63,176 nucleotides of DNA from Octopus bimaculoides (lineage: Eukaryota), in contig NC_069000.1 in assembly GCF_001194135.2 (NCBI RefSeq), positions 17,099,256 through 17,162,431 of the forward strand, given 5' to 3'. Of this stretch, positions 48,956 to 62,212 are shown piece after piece. Below the pieces are notes generated by a model, which worked only from the letters and a program-made list of their open reading frames with translations, made no database searches and was not told the DNA's origin. The translations under genes were made by a program, and so were the position numbers. Within the stretch, counting starts at the first letter, position 1, and every line of letters starts with the position of its first letter.

Positions 48956-49191
48956 CAATGCTTTACAACCATATTTTGCCAACAGACCCCTTTGATTCCT
49001 ATTTTATTCTACTTGACCTCTACAGCCATTCAATATATATGAAAAAAATTCTCCTGTATTTTTATAATTAAATATTATTAGGAATTGCATGAAAAAATTA
49101 AAATATTTTGTGTATTGTAGAAGTATAAGCAAAGAACTGCACATGAATTTTAACAACAAAATCTTATTTGGACCCCTGTTGAGAAACTCTG
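48956..49191 (+). mobile_element. hAT (Charlie-like) MITE
   Basis: TIR-like caatgctttacaacc / gttgagaaactctg; flanks GTCTAGAC and GTCTTGAT resemble an 8-bp NTCTAGAN TSD. Confidence 0.7.
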
Positions 49192-49389
49192 GTCTTGATA
49201 CTGTAGAATGTCTAGTGCCAAGTTCCATTAAAAAAAAAAAAAAAAATTTAGAGGCGCCTGTGGAAAGGGCTATACATACTTTACTTTTCAATCAAAAATT
49301 TGGTGGAAATTGAACACAGAACAAAGAGATAGACAAAATGCTGCTTAGAATTTTGCCCAGTGTGCTATCAATTCTCACAGAAGGTTAAA

Positions 49390-49815
49390 ATAATAGTATC
49401 AAATTTTGGCACACAGTCAATATTTGCAAGAGAGGAGGTAATTCAATTACATCAACCCTAATGCTCAACTGGTACTTACTTTATTAAGGATGAAAGGCCA
49501 AACAGACCTTTACAGAAATTAAACACAGAGCGTATAAAGATGGATGAAATGCTATTAAGCATTTCACTCAACATGCCAATGATTCTGCCAGGTGAAAATA
49601 TTGGTTTCAAATTTTGGCAGAAGGCCAGTATTTTTTCAAGGCAGTGGGTAAGTCGATTAAATCAACCCTAGTATTCAACTGGTACTTATTTTATTGACCC
49701 CAAAATGATGAAAAGGCAAGTGGACCTTGATGGAATTTGAACACAGAATGTAAAGACAGATGAAATGCCATTAAGTATTTTACCTGGCATGCTAACGATT
49801 CTGCCAGGTTGCCAC
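49390..49815 (-). mobile_element. Two tandem SINE S3 copies
   Basis: aaattttggca.a.g..cag...ctcaactggtactta.tttatt...gatgaaa.ggc repeated. Confidence 0.8.
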
Positions 49816-50194
49816 CTTATGAGAGGTTTAAAATACTAACAGGAATATATTGTTCTATGTGAAGTGAAAGTAACTAAGCAATAATCTTAGTCATTTCACC
49901 TTGTTATGTAGATTGGAGACATGAATAATACATAACGAAGAGATAGCCCCCAACCCATACCATCATGAAGTGACCACTGTTTAGTTGGTTCTAACAAACA
50001 CAAGAACATCTCCTGTCATCTGAAACTTCATACAATATCCTGTACTATAGTACAGGACCATTACCTTCCTTGTCATAGAGTGTCAAATAAGTGACACTTG
50101 ATACAGTCTCTGTAGATCTTTTAACATCAGATATCACACAGATAGATTCTTAGTCTCTTAATCATTGTAGGTGGTCTGCCTTTCCTATCATACT

Positions 50195-50520
50195 GGAGGC
50201 ATGCAGCTTAATGGTAAGCATATTCAACTCATGATCATAAGGTTGTGAGTTTGATTTCTAGTGGTGCACTGTATCCTTGAGCAAGACACTTTCCTTCATG
50301 TAACTCCAATCCACTCAGCTGGTAGAAATAAGTAGTACCAGTATTTCAAAATGCCAGCATTGGCACATAGTTTCATGCTGAATCTCCCCGAGAACTATGT
50401 TAAGGTTACGCATGTCTGTGGAGTGCTCAGCCACTTGCATGTTAATTTCACGAGCTGACTGACTGTTCCATTGATTGGATCAAATGGAACACTCACTGAC
50501 ATAATCAATGGAGTTCCAGT
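50195..50520 (+). mobile_element. SINE S2-related, diverged
   Basis: ggaggcatgcagcttaatggtaag...ccttgagcaagacact...ctgaatctccccgagaactatgttaagg..gtggagtgctcagccacttgc. Confidence 0.8.
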
Positions 50521-50908
50521 TTCAGTTTCCTACCCTAACTCACAACAAATGATAATTAACCTGGTTCTTTATTTTCACTGCTGTATAGAGTTTCCCCGTT
50601 GAAAAGAAAAAAGCGGGGCATATATATTCTGCTCCAGTCACTATATGTTGTATGACTTTCATTGCCACACAGCATCATATCACTGGCACTATGCAAGTCT
50701 CTTTAGATTCTATAAGTTTTCCACCTTTACTATAAGGAAGCACAACACTGATAGTATGCCATAGAGTCTTTGTAGTTTCTGCCTATGTTCTATCTTCCCT
50801 ACTATATGAAATCCCACCACTTGGAGCCTCTACATAGTTACTCAGCCAGCTAAAGCTAGCAACCAAATCCTTATCAAATCACATCCTTCCATTTTGAATA
50901 ATTGCCAG

Positions 50909-51448
50909 TACCGCCTGACTGGCCTTCGTGCGGGTGACACGTAAAAGCACCCACTACACTCTCTGAGTGGTTGGCTTTAGGAAGGGCATCCAGCTGTAGA
51001 AACACTGCCAAATCAGATTGGAGCCTGGTGTAGCCATCTGGTTTCACCAGTCCTCAGTCAAATCGTCCAACCCATGCTAGCATGGAAAGCGGACGTTAAA
51101 CGACAACGACAATACGTACAGACATTATATATATGTATATATACCGCCTGACTGGCCTTTGTCGGGTTTTCAAGCGAGATCGTTGCCAGTGCCCCTGGAC
51201 TGGCTCTTGTGCGGGTGGCACATAAATGACACCATTTCGAGCGTGGCCGTTTTCGTGCGGGTGACACGAAAAAGCACCCACTACACTCTCTGAGTGGTTG
51301 GCGTTAGGAAGGGCATCCAGCCGTAGAAACTCTGCCAAATTAGATTGGAGCCTGGTGTTGCCATCCGGTTTCACCAGTCCTCAGTCAAATCGTCCAACCC
51401 ATGCTAGCATGGAAGGCGGACATTAAACAATGATGATGATGATGATGA
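50909..51448 (+). mobile_element. Two tandem RTE 3'-UTR copies (50909-51110, 51142-51448)
   Basis: Both begin taccgcctgactggcct and end ..catgctagcatggaa.gcggac.ttaaac + tail. Confidence 0.88.
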
Positions 51449-51779
51449 ATATGCTTGAAAACAGATGACGTGGCTAGTATGACTGATTCATTAGCTTGCT
51501 CAACTAGAATTGACCTGAGATTACCCATCTATAAAAACACTTGGATAATGTAGCCCTAGATATATTGATATTTCAAAAGAAAAAAAAAAGAACAATAGAG
51601 ATTATGGGTGGAATGCCTTTGGAGGTGTACTCAGTCAAGGTTGCTCTGGGACTAAATATCACCACCATCTCATTTCTAGATATTATAAGTATTCTGCTTC
51701 ACTGCTGCAAACTAGAACAAGTCTGATACACAAGTGTAAGAGTTCTTCATGGGCATGTATGAATACTGTTCTAGATGAG

Positions 51780-51815
<36 letters not shown>

Positions 51816-52024
51816 CTATCCCTTGGTTGCTTAGATACTTCAGACTACCCCTGAAATATTGAAGCAATCCTATCATATACTTATATATATATATATATAT
51901 ATATATATCATAATAATAATAGTAGTAGTATTTCATAAGCTTAAAGCTTATAGCAATCGTTGCGCAATGACTAAAGAAAATAGTCTAATAATGGGGCATA
52001 TAAGCCCTCAACAGCAAAAAGTAG

Positions 52025-52070
<46 letters not shown>

Positions 52071-52469
52071 CATACATACATATACACGTACAGGTGTAAA
52101 CAGTCAATTTGTAAAACCTGGAAAAATGTTAAGAGTGAGTTATTTCCTGTATAAATGTTGTGAGTGTACATTACTATATCTCTATAGTTAACGAGGTCAG
52201 TGAAGGCAGGCTAGCCTAAACAGTGATAGCATACAACAAACCAAGTCACACATGACTAACCAAAAATTTTTCCTATTTCATTTCTGTTAATTCTACCTTC
52301 TCTCACTATCGTCACAAAGCAATTGTGTCTTTCATAAAACTAGGTGCATTTTTTTCACAAAAGGAGTGGAAACAAGGGAAGTACAAGGAATTTACACCTA
52401 GCCCATTAACCTTATCTTTCTTTTTTATACTGTTCTTTTTTATTTAATTAATTAAATTTATTTATTTTT

Positions 52470-53690
52470 GTGACAGGTAGAAGTTCACCAGGAATCAGTT
52501 CTCAGCCCTACCCCACCTGTTCATCATAATCCTACAGGTCATAACAGAGGAATTTAAGACAGGCTGCCATTGGGCACTCCTCTATGCTGATGACCTTGTT
52601 CTTATAGGTGAATCACTACTGGAACTAGAGAAAAAATTTCAGGTGTGGAAACAAGGTCTGGAATTAAACAGCCTTAGAGTTAATTTAGCTAAGACCAAAA
52701 TCTTACTAAGTAGGAAAACAGACAAGTCACAAATCCCTTCAGGGGTCTGCTTCATAAATTGGTAGAAACTTATATGTAGGTAGGTGCATGTAGAAACTTC
52801 GTAAGTTATACCTAGTGCGATATGGCACATAAGAGGTGCAGCAGTATAAGAGGAAGGCTAACTGAGGAAGTTGTCTGTATGTTACAGGTGTGTAGGCACA
52901 ATAAAATCTAGGAATGTATGAGGAATAGATTTCGTCAAATCCCAGGGGGATATCTACAAATAGTGGATAGCTTCCATTACCTAGGTGACCAATCAGAAGT
53001 GGAGAAGGATGTTCTGAGATTGTAGATCATAGAATAAGAATGTGTTGGGTAAAGTTTAGAGAGCTGCTACATTTGTTGGTAACAAAAGCCTCTCCCTCAG
53101 AGTGAAAGACAGATTGTATGATACATGGCAGTGACACATGGGCTGTGAGTGTAGAGGACATGTGAAGTCTTGAAAGAAATGAAGCCAGGATGCTCCATTG
53201 GATGTGCAATGTCAGTGTGCATGTATGACAGAATGTGAGTGCCATAAGAGAAAAACTGAGTGTAACAGGCATCAGATGTAGTGTGCAAGAGAGAAGACTG
53301 CACTGGTATGGCCATGTGATGTGTATGAATGGGGACAGCTGCATAAAGAAGTGCCAGTCCTTAACTGAGGACAGAACCTGGAAGATGTGGGATGAGGTAG
53401 TGAAATATGATCTTTGGATGTTGGGTCTCATGGACGTACTGACAGGTGACTGAGACTTGGAAATTTGCTGTGCTTGAGAAGACATTTAAGCTTAGTGGAA
53501 TTGTAGTCATGGCCAGTGCTGGTGATGCATAAAAGGCACTGGTGCTGGTGACAATTTAAAGGCATCCAGCCATAGAAACCAAGCCCAAATAGACCAGAGC
53601 CTGGTACAGTTCTCTGGCTTACCTTCCAGTTCCAGTCAAACTATCCAACCCATGCCAGTATGAAAAATAGATGCTAAATGATGATGATGA
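52470..53690 (+). mobile_element. 5'-truncated RTE LINE, degenerate
   Basis: VHQ.SVLSP.LFIIILQVITEEFKTGCHWALLYADDLVL..LEKKFQVWKQGLE..LRVNLAKTK; RRLHWYGHVM; 3' UTR and (GAT)n tail. Confidence 0.9.
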
Positions 53691-55009
53691 ACCCCAAGGT
53701 CACAGAAAAGAATCAAAATAGAAGCAGCATAATATAAAGACAGAGGCAGAGAGATACATACAAACATACACAATATATATCGCAGGTTTCTGTGCAGTTT
53801 TCATCTATCAATTTCACTCACAAGACAATGCGCAGCTCAAGGCTACAATGGAAGATGCCATGCAGTGAGGCCAAAGCTGAAGCCACATGTTGCAAAACAA
53901 ACTTAACCACACAGCCATGCCTGTGCATACATCAACGGGCGACGGTTAGTGGCAGGAATGATATCCGGCTGTAAAACAATACCTCAATAATATATTTATC
54001 TAACTCATGCTAACACGGAAAAAGAAAAGTAAAGAAGATGAATGATTTTATATATGTACACCCATATACACTTCTTTCAACACAGATGTTTTGGGTCAAT
54101 TTGTATTTCCTTATATTATTGTCTAACTGCAGTCCTGGGTCAAGTATTCATTGTACTTGAACAACCAGAATCGGAAATGTTGCCAGCTATTTACAGCCCT
54201 CTACCAGCAAGAGTAACCTACATTCTGTAGAAGTGTCATGGCAAGTATAAGCCTGCATTGATGAAGTTGTATGCAGCAGTATCTTGTCTTCTCCATTCAT
54301 CCTTCCAAGGGTGATAAATCAAGTACCAGTCAATATTTTCTAATATTTACCATTGCACACTGAGTTTGTCCTTTGACGGTTTCAGTCACATATCCTTTTT
54401 GCTCTATGAGAGTTCCTAGCCCTTCAAGTCAACCTTCTGGAGAAAGAAAACTATGGGTCGTCATCCACAACCTTTGTCATAGCACAATGTAGCCAGTTCC
54501 ATGAGATAAAAAGTCCAGTACTTGACTCAAATCAAATTTATCAAATTTGTAAAAAAAGAAAAGAAAGAATGGAGGTTTGGAAGTTCAAAGTTGACCTTGG
54601 CAGGATTTGAACTAGAGTGTAGAAACCTGCAAAAGATACAAGATATCGTATCTGATGCCTGAATACCCGGCCGATTTAAAGCCTCAATCAAGTATTAAAA
54701 CAAATGAACTAAGACAATCAGCAAGATGTTTAAGTTGTGAATTACAAAGTAATTTTGAAAAATCTTTTGTCTTGACATTGGTAGATCAAGGTGGTTTTGG
54801 GATATGAGATGTCTTGGAACAGCTGTTCTGGTGCCCCCTATTTGGCATAGGAGACACAACACCGACTAATTTGACATCAGACATTTAAAAATTTCTCTCT
54901 CTGTTTATGTGCATGAATATATTTTTCTTTATGTGTACAAGGAGAGGGAAAGAATTTATGATATTTGTATTCAATTAGTCAGTTGTAATGCCTGCTCCAC
55001 TTTCTCTAC

Positions 55010-55049
<40 letters not shown>

Positions 55050-55074
55050 TTATCAGTATGTGATTTTAAAAGTT

Positions 55075-55330
55075 AAAATGGAATTATTGTGCAATCTGAT
55101 AAAAATGGAAATTTATGTGATAAGAATTTATTAAAATATCATGTATTAATGGAGAAGGAAATTACTAGTAATATAAAGTAGTAAGTAAAAATATCTTGAA
55201 GTCAATTAACTTAGAAGCTAAGAAAATTATGTGTGATTATGATCTTCATAGAACTGAGCCTTTTGTGCCTATGAGGCCTAGGATAACTTTAAAAGATCAC
55301 AAAGAAAACTGCTCTTCTAATCCTAAATTT
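55075..55330 (+). mobile_element. Naiad-type Penelope-like RT N-terminal fragment
   Basis: IIVQSDKNGNL, SINLEAKKIM, RITLKDHKENCSSNPKF (like ITLKDHKxNFxxNPxCRL). Confidence 0.7.
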
Positions 55331-55766
55331 AGCAGTCCTTGCATGGATTTTCTTTTTTTTTTTGTGTGTGTGTTTTTTTTTAACATATTCCGAGTAGATT
55401 TATATACATAAATGTGGACATTTTTTTATAAATTCACTAGTGTATGAGTCAAAACAAATCGTTGGCTTTATACTTGTTCTACTAATTTGTTATGTTATGT
55501 TTATATTATACCTTTTCATAGTATATCATATTATACTATAATGTAAATAAATTTTTAGTATGTCAGTTGTATTTCTCTATTTACTTTAATATTCATATAT
55601 TGTAATTATATCCTTTTATTTGTGGTATTTAACTGATGTACCTGTAGAAATTGGATATTTTGCATCCCTTTGAAGGAAGTAGCTTTTTCTTTCATTTGAT
55701 TTATTATATATATATAGGGAGAATTCACAAAAATCAACAGACAAAGACAGGTGGTGTTGAAAACAG

Positions 55767-55803
<37 letters not shown>

Positions 55804-55810
55804 ATATATA

Positions 55811-55901
55811 CTAGCAGAAATACCCGGCGTTGCCCGGGTTAAAGAGAATAATGAAATCTAAAAACGCCGTCTAGACTACGCATCATCTTTATATATAGAG
55901 A
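55811..55901 (-). mobile_element. 91-bp non-autonomous mini-Helitron
   Basis: A|TCTCTATATATAAAG...CCCGGGCAACGCCGGG (hairpin)..TTTCTGCTAG|T: 5'-TC, subterminal hairpin, CTAG-3', A|T insertion, no TSD. Confidence 0.85.
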
Positions 55902-56754
55902 TGTATATACACACACGCACCCAAACACACGTATATATATATATGTATATCAATATAAATATATGAAAGTCAATGAAGTTTCATAAAAGAAGGTGATCAT
56001 GTACATACTTTCTTGCTGTTGTNNNNNNNNNNNNNNNNNNNNNNNNNNNNNNNNNNNNNNNNNNNNNNNNNNNNNNNNNNNNNNNNNNNNNNNNNNNNNN
56101 NNNNNNNNNNNNNNNNNNNNNNNNNNNNNNNNNNNNNNNNNNNNNNNNNNNNNNNNNNNNNNNNNNNNNNNNNNNNNNNNNNNNNNNNNNNNNNNNNNNN
56201 NNNNNNNNNNNNNNNNNNNNNNNNNNNNNNNNNNNNNNNNNNNNNNNNNNNNNNNNNNNNNNNNNNNNNNNNNNNNNNNNNNNNNNNNNNNNNNNNNNNN
56301 NNNNNNNNNNNNNNNNNNNNNNNNNNNNNNNNNNNNNNNNNNNNNNNNNNNNNNNNNNNNNNNNNNNNNNNNNNNNNNNNNNNNNNNNNNNNNNNNNNNN
56401 NNNNNNNNNNNNNNNNNNNNNNNNNNNNNNNNNNNNNNNNNNNNNNNNNNNNNNNNNNNNNNNNNNNNNNNNNNNNNNNNNNNNNNNNNNNNNNNNNNNN
56501 NNNNNNNNNNNNNNNNNNNNNNNNNNNNNNNNNNNNNNNNNNNNNNNNNNNNNNNNNNNNNNNNNNNNNNNNNNNNNNNNNNNNNNNNNNNNNNNNNNNN
56601 NNNNNNNNNNNNNNNNNNNNNNNNNNNNNNNNNNNNNNGTGTACATATTACATGTACATCTATATACATATATACATCTACACATATGTATACATATACA
56701 TGTATGTATAGATCTATATATATATATACATATACGTGTACATCTATATGTATA

Positions 56755-56867
56755 CAACTGGAACCCTAAGTAAGGCATGTGTAAAATTTGAATGAAATTG
56801 GTTGCATAGTTCTCGAGTTTTAGGGATTCACACAGACAGACACACATTCTCATTTTTATATATATAG

Positions 56868-56868
<1 letters not shown>
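56755..56868 (-). mobile_element. 5' end of a longer non-autonomous Helitron
   Basis: A|TCTATATATATAAAAATGAGAATGTGTGTCTGTCTGTG..AACCAATTTCATTCAAATTTTACACATG; 3' end not visible (microsatellite and gap). Confidence 0.6.
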
Positions 56869-56899
<31 letters not shown>

Positions 56900-57929
56900 A
56901 TTTCTGCATGTGCACGAGTGTGTGTTTACCTCTAGTGCCAAAATAGGGTGAATGTTAAGTCAGTCATGCAAATCATCAGCATGCCCAATTGTTTCCATTC
57001 TGTGTCAGCAATGTCTCATTGTCTGAGACAAACAAATGGAAAGCAACTATATTAACAAGTCCTTCATGCACTTATTCAGTGTCTGACATGCTGAATTGAG
57101 GATTTATGCAGAACAGCAGTTATCATGCGCAGGGCACATACTGATTGCAACTGAATGCATCGTGAAGATCATGATGCTACCTTCTCTTCACAAGAAAAAG
57201 CAGGTGACAAGATTGAAATCATCCCTTTCAATTTCAGAAATACCTTCAAGTTTTTCATGTATAAATTAAAGCAGGTTAAGATGGATATTAGAACCATATG
57301 GCTTAAAGTTCACTCCCACTGCATGGGTATTGCCAGCTGGTGTCTTGTACGATAGCCACAGGCTAACCAATACCTTGTGAATGAAACTCAAACAGAAACT
57401 CTAAGAAGTCTCATGTGCGTGTGTGTGTGGTCGTGCACATGTTTCTCTTACTCTTGCCTTCATATATGCATGCTAACTGAAAATACAGTCACCATTCATA
57501 CAAAAGATGTCATTGTATACAAACTTCTGCAAAACCATATCTGGTCATTGAGCCTTCTTCGGAAATGGGTGGGATTGAGGAAGCAAAAGAACATCCAGTG
57601 AAAGAAAAAAAAAAAAACGACTCTTACCCAAGCTAGCATGGAAGGTGGATGTTAAATGATGATGATGATATATATATATGCGTATTTACATATCTACCAA
57701 ATATTTTGGTATACCAAAGTAATGTTAAGTCAGTTTTGAGTTTCATTCACAAGAGAAGTTGCTGGAAATATGACCAAAACAACAAAATATGTAACTTGGT
57801 CCTGAAGAGATGGAAGGCCCTAATTTCTTATCTCAGACAAGAGTAAGTCGGGATCTTGCATCGAAATGCGCATAGGATAATAAATAAGTTTATTAATATA
57901 TAGGATTGCATCATGGCTCTCATTTCAAT

Positions 57930-57977
<48 letters not shown>

Positions 57978-58117
57978 GTATATATTCAGAAGTCAAACAT
58001 ATACTAATAACAAAATGAATGGAAAAAAGACAGACAGTCAAGTTGAGAAACATACTAAATACAGATGAATGGAGAATAAACACAGGTCACCAACACCTCA
58101 CCAGTTATTGGCCAGGG

Positions 58118-58135
58118 TTAGGGTTAGGGTTAGGG
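58118..58135 (+). repeat. (TTAGGG)3 telomere-type hexamers
   Basis: agggttagggttagggttagggt. Confidence 0.8.
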
Positions 58136-58580
58136 TGCAATTTTGTGTCATTATCGATAATATTACTTCAACTCTGGAGGTAACCAACAAGAGAAGTTGC
58201 TGGAAATATGACCAAGACATAACAAAACAAAACAAGACGGACAAACCAGGATGAACAAGGAATTGGTATTGGATATAAGAAAATAGATAAAAGTAATTCG
58301 AGTTGAGCCTGTTAGTGGACAGATGAGGGACAAGGCAACTAAAACATAACAGAACATATACAAAAAAAAAAAATAATAATAATAATAATAATACACATAT
58401 ACAACAAAAAAGCCATGGACTGGCTTTATATATATAAAGAAAGTTATTAACTCTTTAATACTATTAAATACTCATCTATATAGAAAATAAATAGGCTTTG
58501 GTAATTTTTGGGAATTTCTTTTATTTTATTTAGAAAGATTGAATTTAAGTGGTCCTGAACTGCAGAGTGAACAACTTTAA

Positions 58581-58799
58581 CCCGTTTGATACCAATTCAC
58601 CTGAAACAGCCTTTGGTTAAGTCACAAATTTCCTGTTTTAAAGGCAACTAAAATAAATCTTCCTTCAAAATTTCTTTGTCATTTATGTTCCAAATACCAG
58701 ATTAATAATGACAGATATATTTTACAAACTACTTCATTGCTTTCATAATTCATTGAAACAAAGGCTGCATATTTCAACAGAAATATGGTAACAAAAGGG
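58581..58799 (+). mobile_element. piggyBac-type MITE (family P1) with TTAA TSD
   Basis: TTAA|CCCGTTTG...CAAAAGGG|TTAA, 219 bp. Confidence 0.85.
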
Positions 58800-59354
58800 T
58801 TAACAGGAACAAAATAGAAACAATTAAAAAAAAAATATCACTAGAAGATAGTTCTTTTAAAAAAATATAAAATATACATTTTTATTAACCTTTTAACACC
58901 AAAATTATCAATATGCAGAAAAATATGTCTTTTTCAAAATGATTTAAATGAAAGAAATATGTACAGTGTAAAAAAAATTAAATTCTAACTAATACATATA
59001 TACATATTCGAATATAGACACACAGAAACACATATGTATTCATGCACATTAACTTATATATGTAAATGTATATATTATTCAAAAGCTAATAGCTCTGCAC
59101 TGACTGCTATATACTATAATCGGCTGCCATTCTTTTTCAGTACAAACATAGTACTTGAAAGGTCAAAAATGATTCATAATCACCATTCCAGGTTTCAAAA
59201 ATGAATAATTATATCACCATTCCCTGTTAATCTGTATGGGATTGGTAGAAGTCAAAAAAAAAAAATAATAAATAGATAAAAGGAATACATTATATATATA
59301 TACATATATATATGTAAGCCACATAGTGCATACTACAAACAAGACAAATCTAAC

Positions 59355-59431
59355 CATTTCTCCATAGATTGAAAAATTGATAAGCAGCTTTAATTGATTT
59401 TCGACTCTTCTTAGAGTCTCATCAGAGATGT
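59355..59431 (-). CDS. Candidate 77-nt coding exon, product unknown
   Basis: aatttatgtag / (D)ISDETLRRVENQLKLLINFSIYGEM / GTTAGA; non-repetitive. Confidence 0.3.
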
Positions 59432-59765
59432 CTACATAAATTGACCAATCCCAAAGAAACAAGTAGCCAATCCATTTATATGCACAACAAATCAGGCAGC
59501 TTCAGAGAACTAGGGTTACTAATTTGCATGTTAAAGTGTTTAGCACTTTATTTAATAGCACTGTCCTACACACACCTGAATTTACAAACAAACAGAAAAA
59601 TATGTCAAGTAGTTACAATATTTGGAAGAAAATGGCAAGTAGTTACAATATTTGACATTTGGTGCAGAATTATTGACATCTGAATAGTACATATACATGC
59701 GTGTCAGTTCATATTTGTGTTTATACATACATACATACATACATACATACATAAAGTGTGGTTTA

Positions 59766-60166
59766 TACTCTTTTACTCTTACTTGTTTCAGTCATTTGAC
59801 TGTGGCCATGCTGGAGCACCGCCTTTAGTCGAGCAAATCGACTCCGGGACTTATTCTTTGTAAGCCTAGTACTTATTCTATCGGTCTCTTTAGCTGAACC
59901 GCTAAGTGACGGGGACATAAGCACACCAGCATCGGTTGTGAAGCAATGCTAGTGGGACAAACACAGACACACACACACATATATATATATATACATATAT
60001 ACGAAGGGGCTTCTTTCAGTTTCCGCCTACCAAATCCACTCACAAGGCTTTGGTTGGCCCGAGGCTACAGCAGAAGACACTTGCCCAAGATGCCACGCAG
60101 TGGGACTGAACCCGGAACCATGTGGTTGGTAAGCAAGCTACTTACCACACAGCCACTCCTGCGCCT
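59766..60166 (-). mobile_element. SINE S1, best-preserved full-length copy
   Basis: Head aggcgcaggagtggctgtgtggtaag (A box)..gggttcagtccc (B box); CORE-like gtggcatcttgggcaagtgtctt; internal microsatellite; (AAGAGT)-like tail. Confidence 0.93.
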
Positions 60167-60639
60167 ATAAAGCTGATACTTCCAGCATGACTCAGAATCA
60201 AGTTTCTGTTTTCTCACCCTAAAACTAAAAAGCAGCAGCAGCAGCAGAAGGAAGAAAAATATGCTTCAAATTAATAAATAAATATATAACAATTACTGCT
60301 TTCTCCTTAAATTGCTCAGAAAATACTAAACTGAAATTTCTATCTCAGTTATTTTGGAAAATAATAAATTTCAAGCAGAGCATTTATGAGGCTAAGTGAA
60401 AACTAGCTTTTAAAAAAACATAGGCTCAAAAGAATTAAAGCAGCAAAATCAATTTTATGTACATAATAAAAAAATGTGTGAACATAAACACAGACATATG
60501 TATTTTAAATATATATACATACATATAATGCTACAATGAAAGCTACAATACAGCTAAGCAGAGTTTTTGACTGAAACATTTTTTTTTGCTATGTTTCAAG
60601 CTGAAAACAAGACTACTTGTCAGTTCCTTTAAAAGTATT

Positions 60640-60721
60640 ATATATATAATATACAATACTTATATATTATATATATATATATACATACATAGATACAATA
60701 TTTACATATATACAGACACAC

Positions 60722-60785
<64 letters not shown>

Positions 60786-61100
60786 TACACACATACATAT
60801 GTATACATATATGTGTACACACACATACACAAATATATACATACATATATACAAATATATATATACACACATATATATATATACACATATACATACATAT
60901 ATACACATATATACATACATACATATACATACATACATATACATACTATACATATACATACATACATATACATACTATACATACATATATATATACATAC
61001 ATACATACATATATTTATATACATACATACATACATACATATATATATATACATACATACATATATTTATATACATACATACATACATACATATATATAT

Positions 61101-61133
<33 letters not shown>

Positions 61134-61170
61134 TATATACATACATACATACATATATATATATATAAAA
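60640..61170. repeat. Long compound (TA)/(CA)/(TACA) microsatellite field
   Basis: Direct reading; similar fields at 61640-61745 and 62700-62985. Confidence 0.95.
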
Positions 61171-61243
61171 TTAAAGAAAAGGGGTTTCTATGATAGTGTA
61201 TGGAGAAATATATTATGCAAAAGAATTCCAGCTGTCTGTTTTC

Positions 61244-61448
61244 TATGTTTTATTTATATTCTTATAGAATTAATGTGGGATATAGAATATGGAATACATA
61301 GTATATATAGTAAAATGAAATGAAGTATTGAATGTCTTATTGAATAAATGAATAAGACATTCAATACTTCATTTCATTTTACTATATATACTATATATTC
61401 CATATTCTATATCCTACATTAATCTTATAAGAATATAAATAAAACATA
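61244..61448. repeat. AT-rich palindrome, about 98-bp arms and 9-nt loop
   Basis: ..gaagtattgaatgtcttatt-gaataaatg-aataagacattcaatacttc..; right arm ends near a gap. Confidence 0.85.
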
Positions 61449-61685
61449 AAAAAAGAAAGTTGAAATNNNNNNNNNNNNNNNNNNNNNNNNNNNNNNNNNN
61501 NNNNNNNNNNNNNNNNNNNNNNNNNNNNNNNNNNNNNNNNNNNNNNNNNNNNNNNNNNNNNNNNNNNNNNNNNNNNNNNNNNNNNNNNNNNNNNNNNNNN
61601 NNNNNNNNNNNNNNNNNNNNNNNNNNNNNNNNNNNNNATACATATATATATACATACATACATACATATATACATACATACATAT

Positions 61686-61736
<51 letters not shown>

Positions 61737-62212
61737 TATATACAAACGTATATGTACATATGCACATCTGTATGGGCACAGGACGTCACGAAACATGTAC
61801 AACAAAAAAGTGTGAGTTTTTGACAGAGAGAGAGATACATATACACACACACACACACACACACATACATCCATTTGCAATAAAATACTTATAGAACTTA
61901 TAGCGTGTTTGTGACAGCATGAGTGCCCTATATGTGCATGTATGCATTCACCCACACAGACTGACTGTCAGCCATATGCCCACAACTTATCAAGCCTAAA
62001 CATGCATACAGCCATCTCCATTAGAAACTTTCTTCAATAACAGAAGCATTACTAAATGAAATAAACTGAAAACACATTTAATAAAAAGTTTGTGTGTTTG
62101 TAAAAAAAAAAAAAAAAAAAAAAAAATTTAAAAGAGTTCCAAAGTCCATAAAATATTTTTCACTTTTAATTTTCAAAATTTTTTATTGTTTTAAAAAAAA
62201 TTAATCATATTT

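Noticed and set aside
59620-59660. Short direct repeats with spacers (also 25510-25570 and 44495-44545)
   Set aside because: Only two to three units with no unique-spacer series; ordinary tandem duplications, not CRISPR-like.
60586-61323. 245-aa YI/HT-rich ORF and similar ORFs (2331-2647, 32005-32425, 62642-63088)
   Set aside because: Translations of (TA)n/(CA)n/(TACA)n microsatellites.
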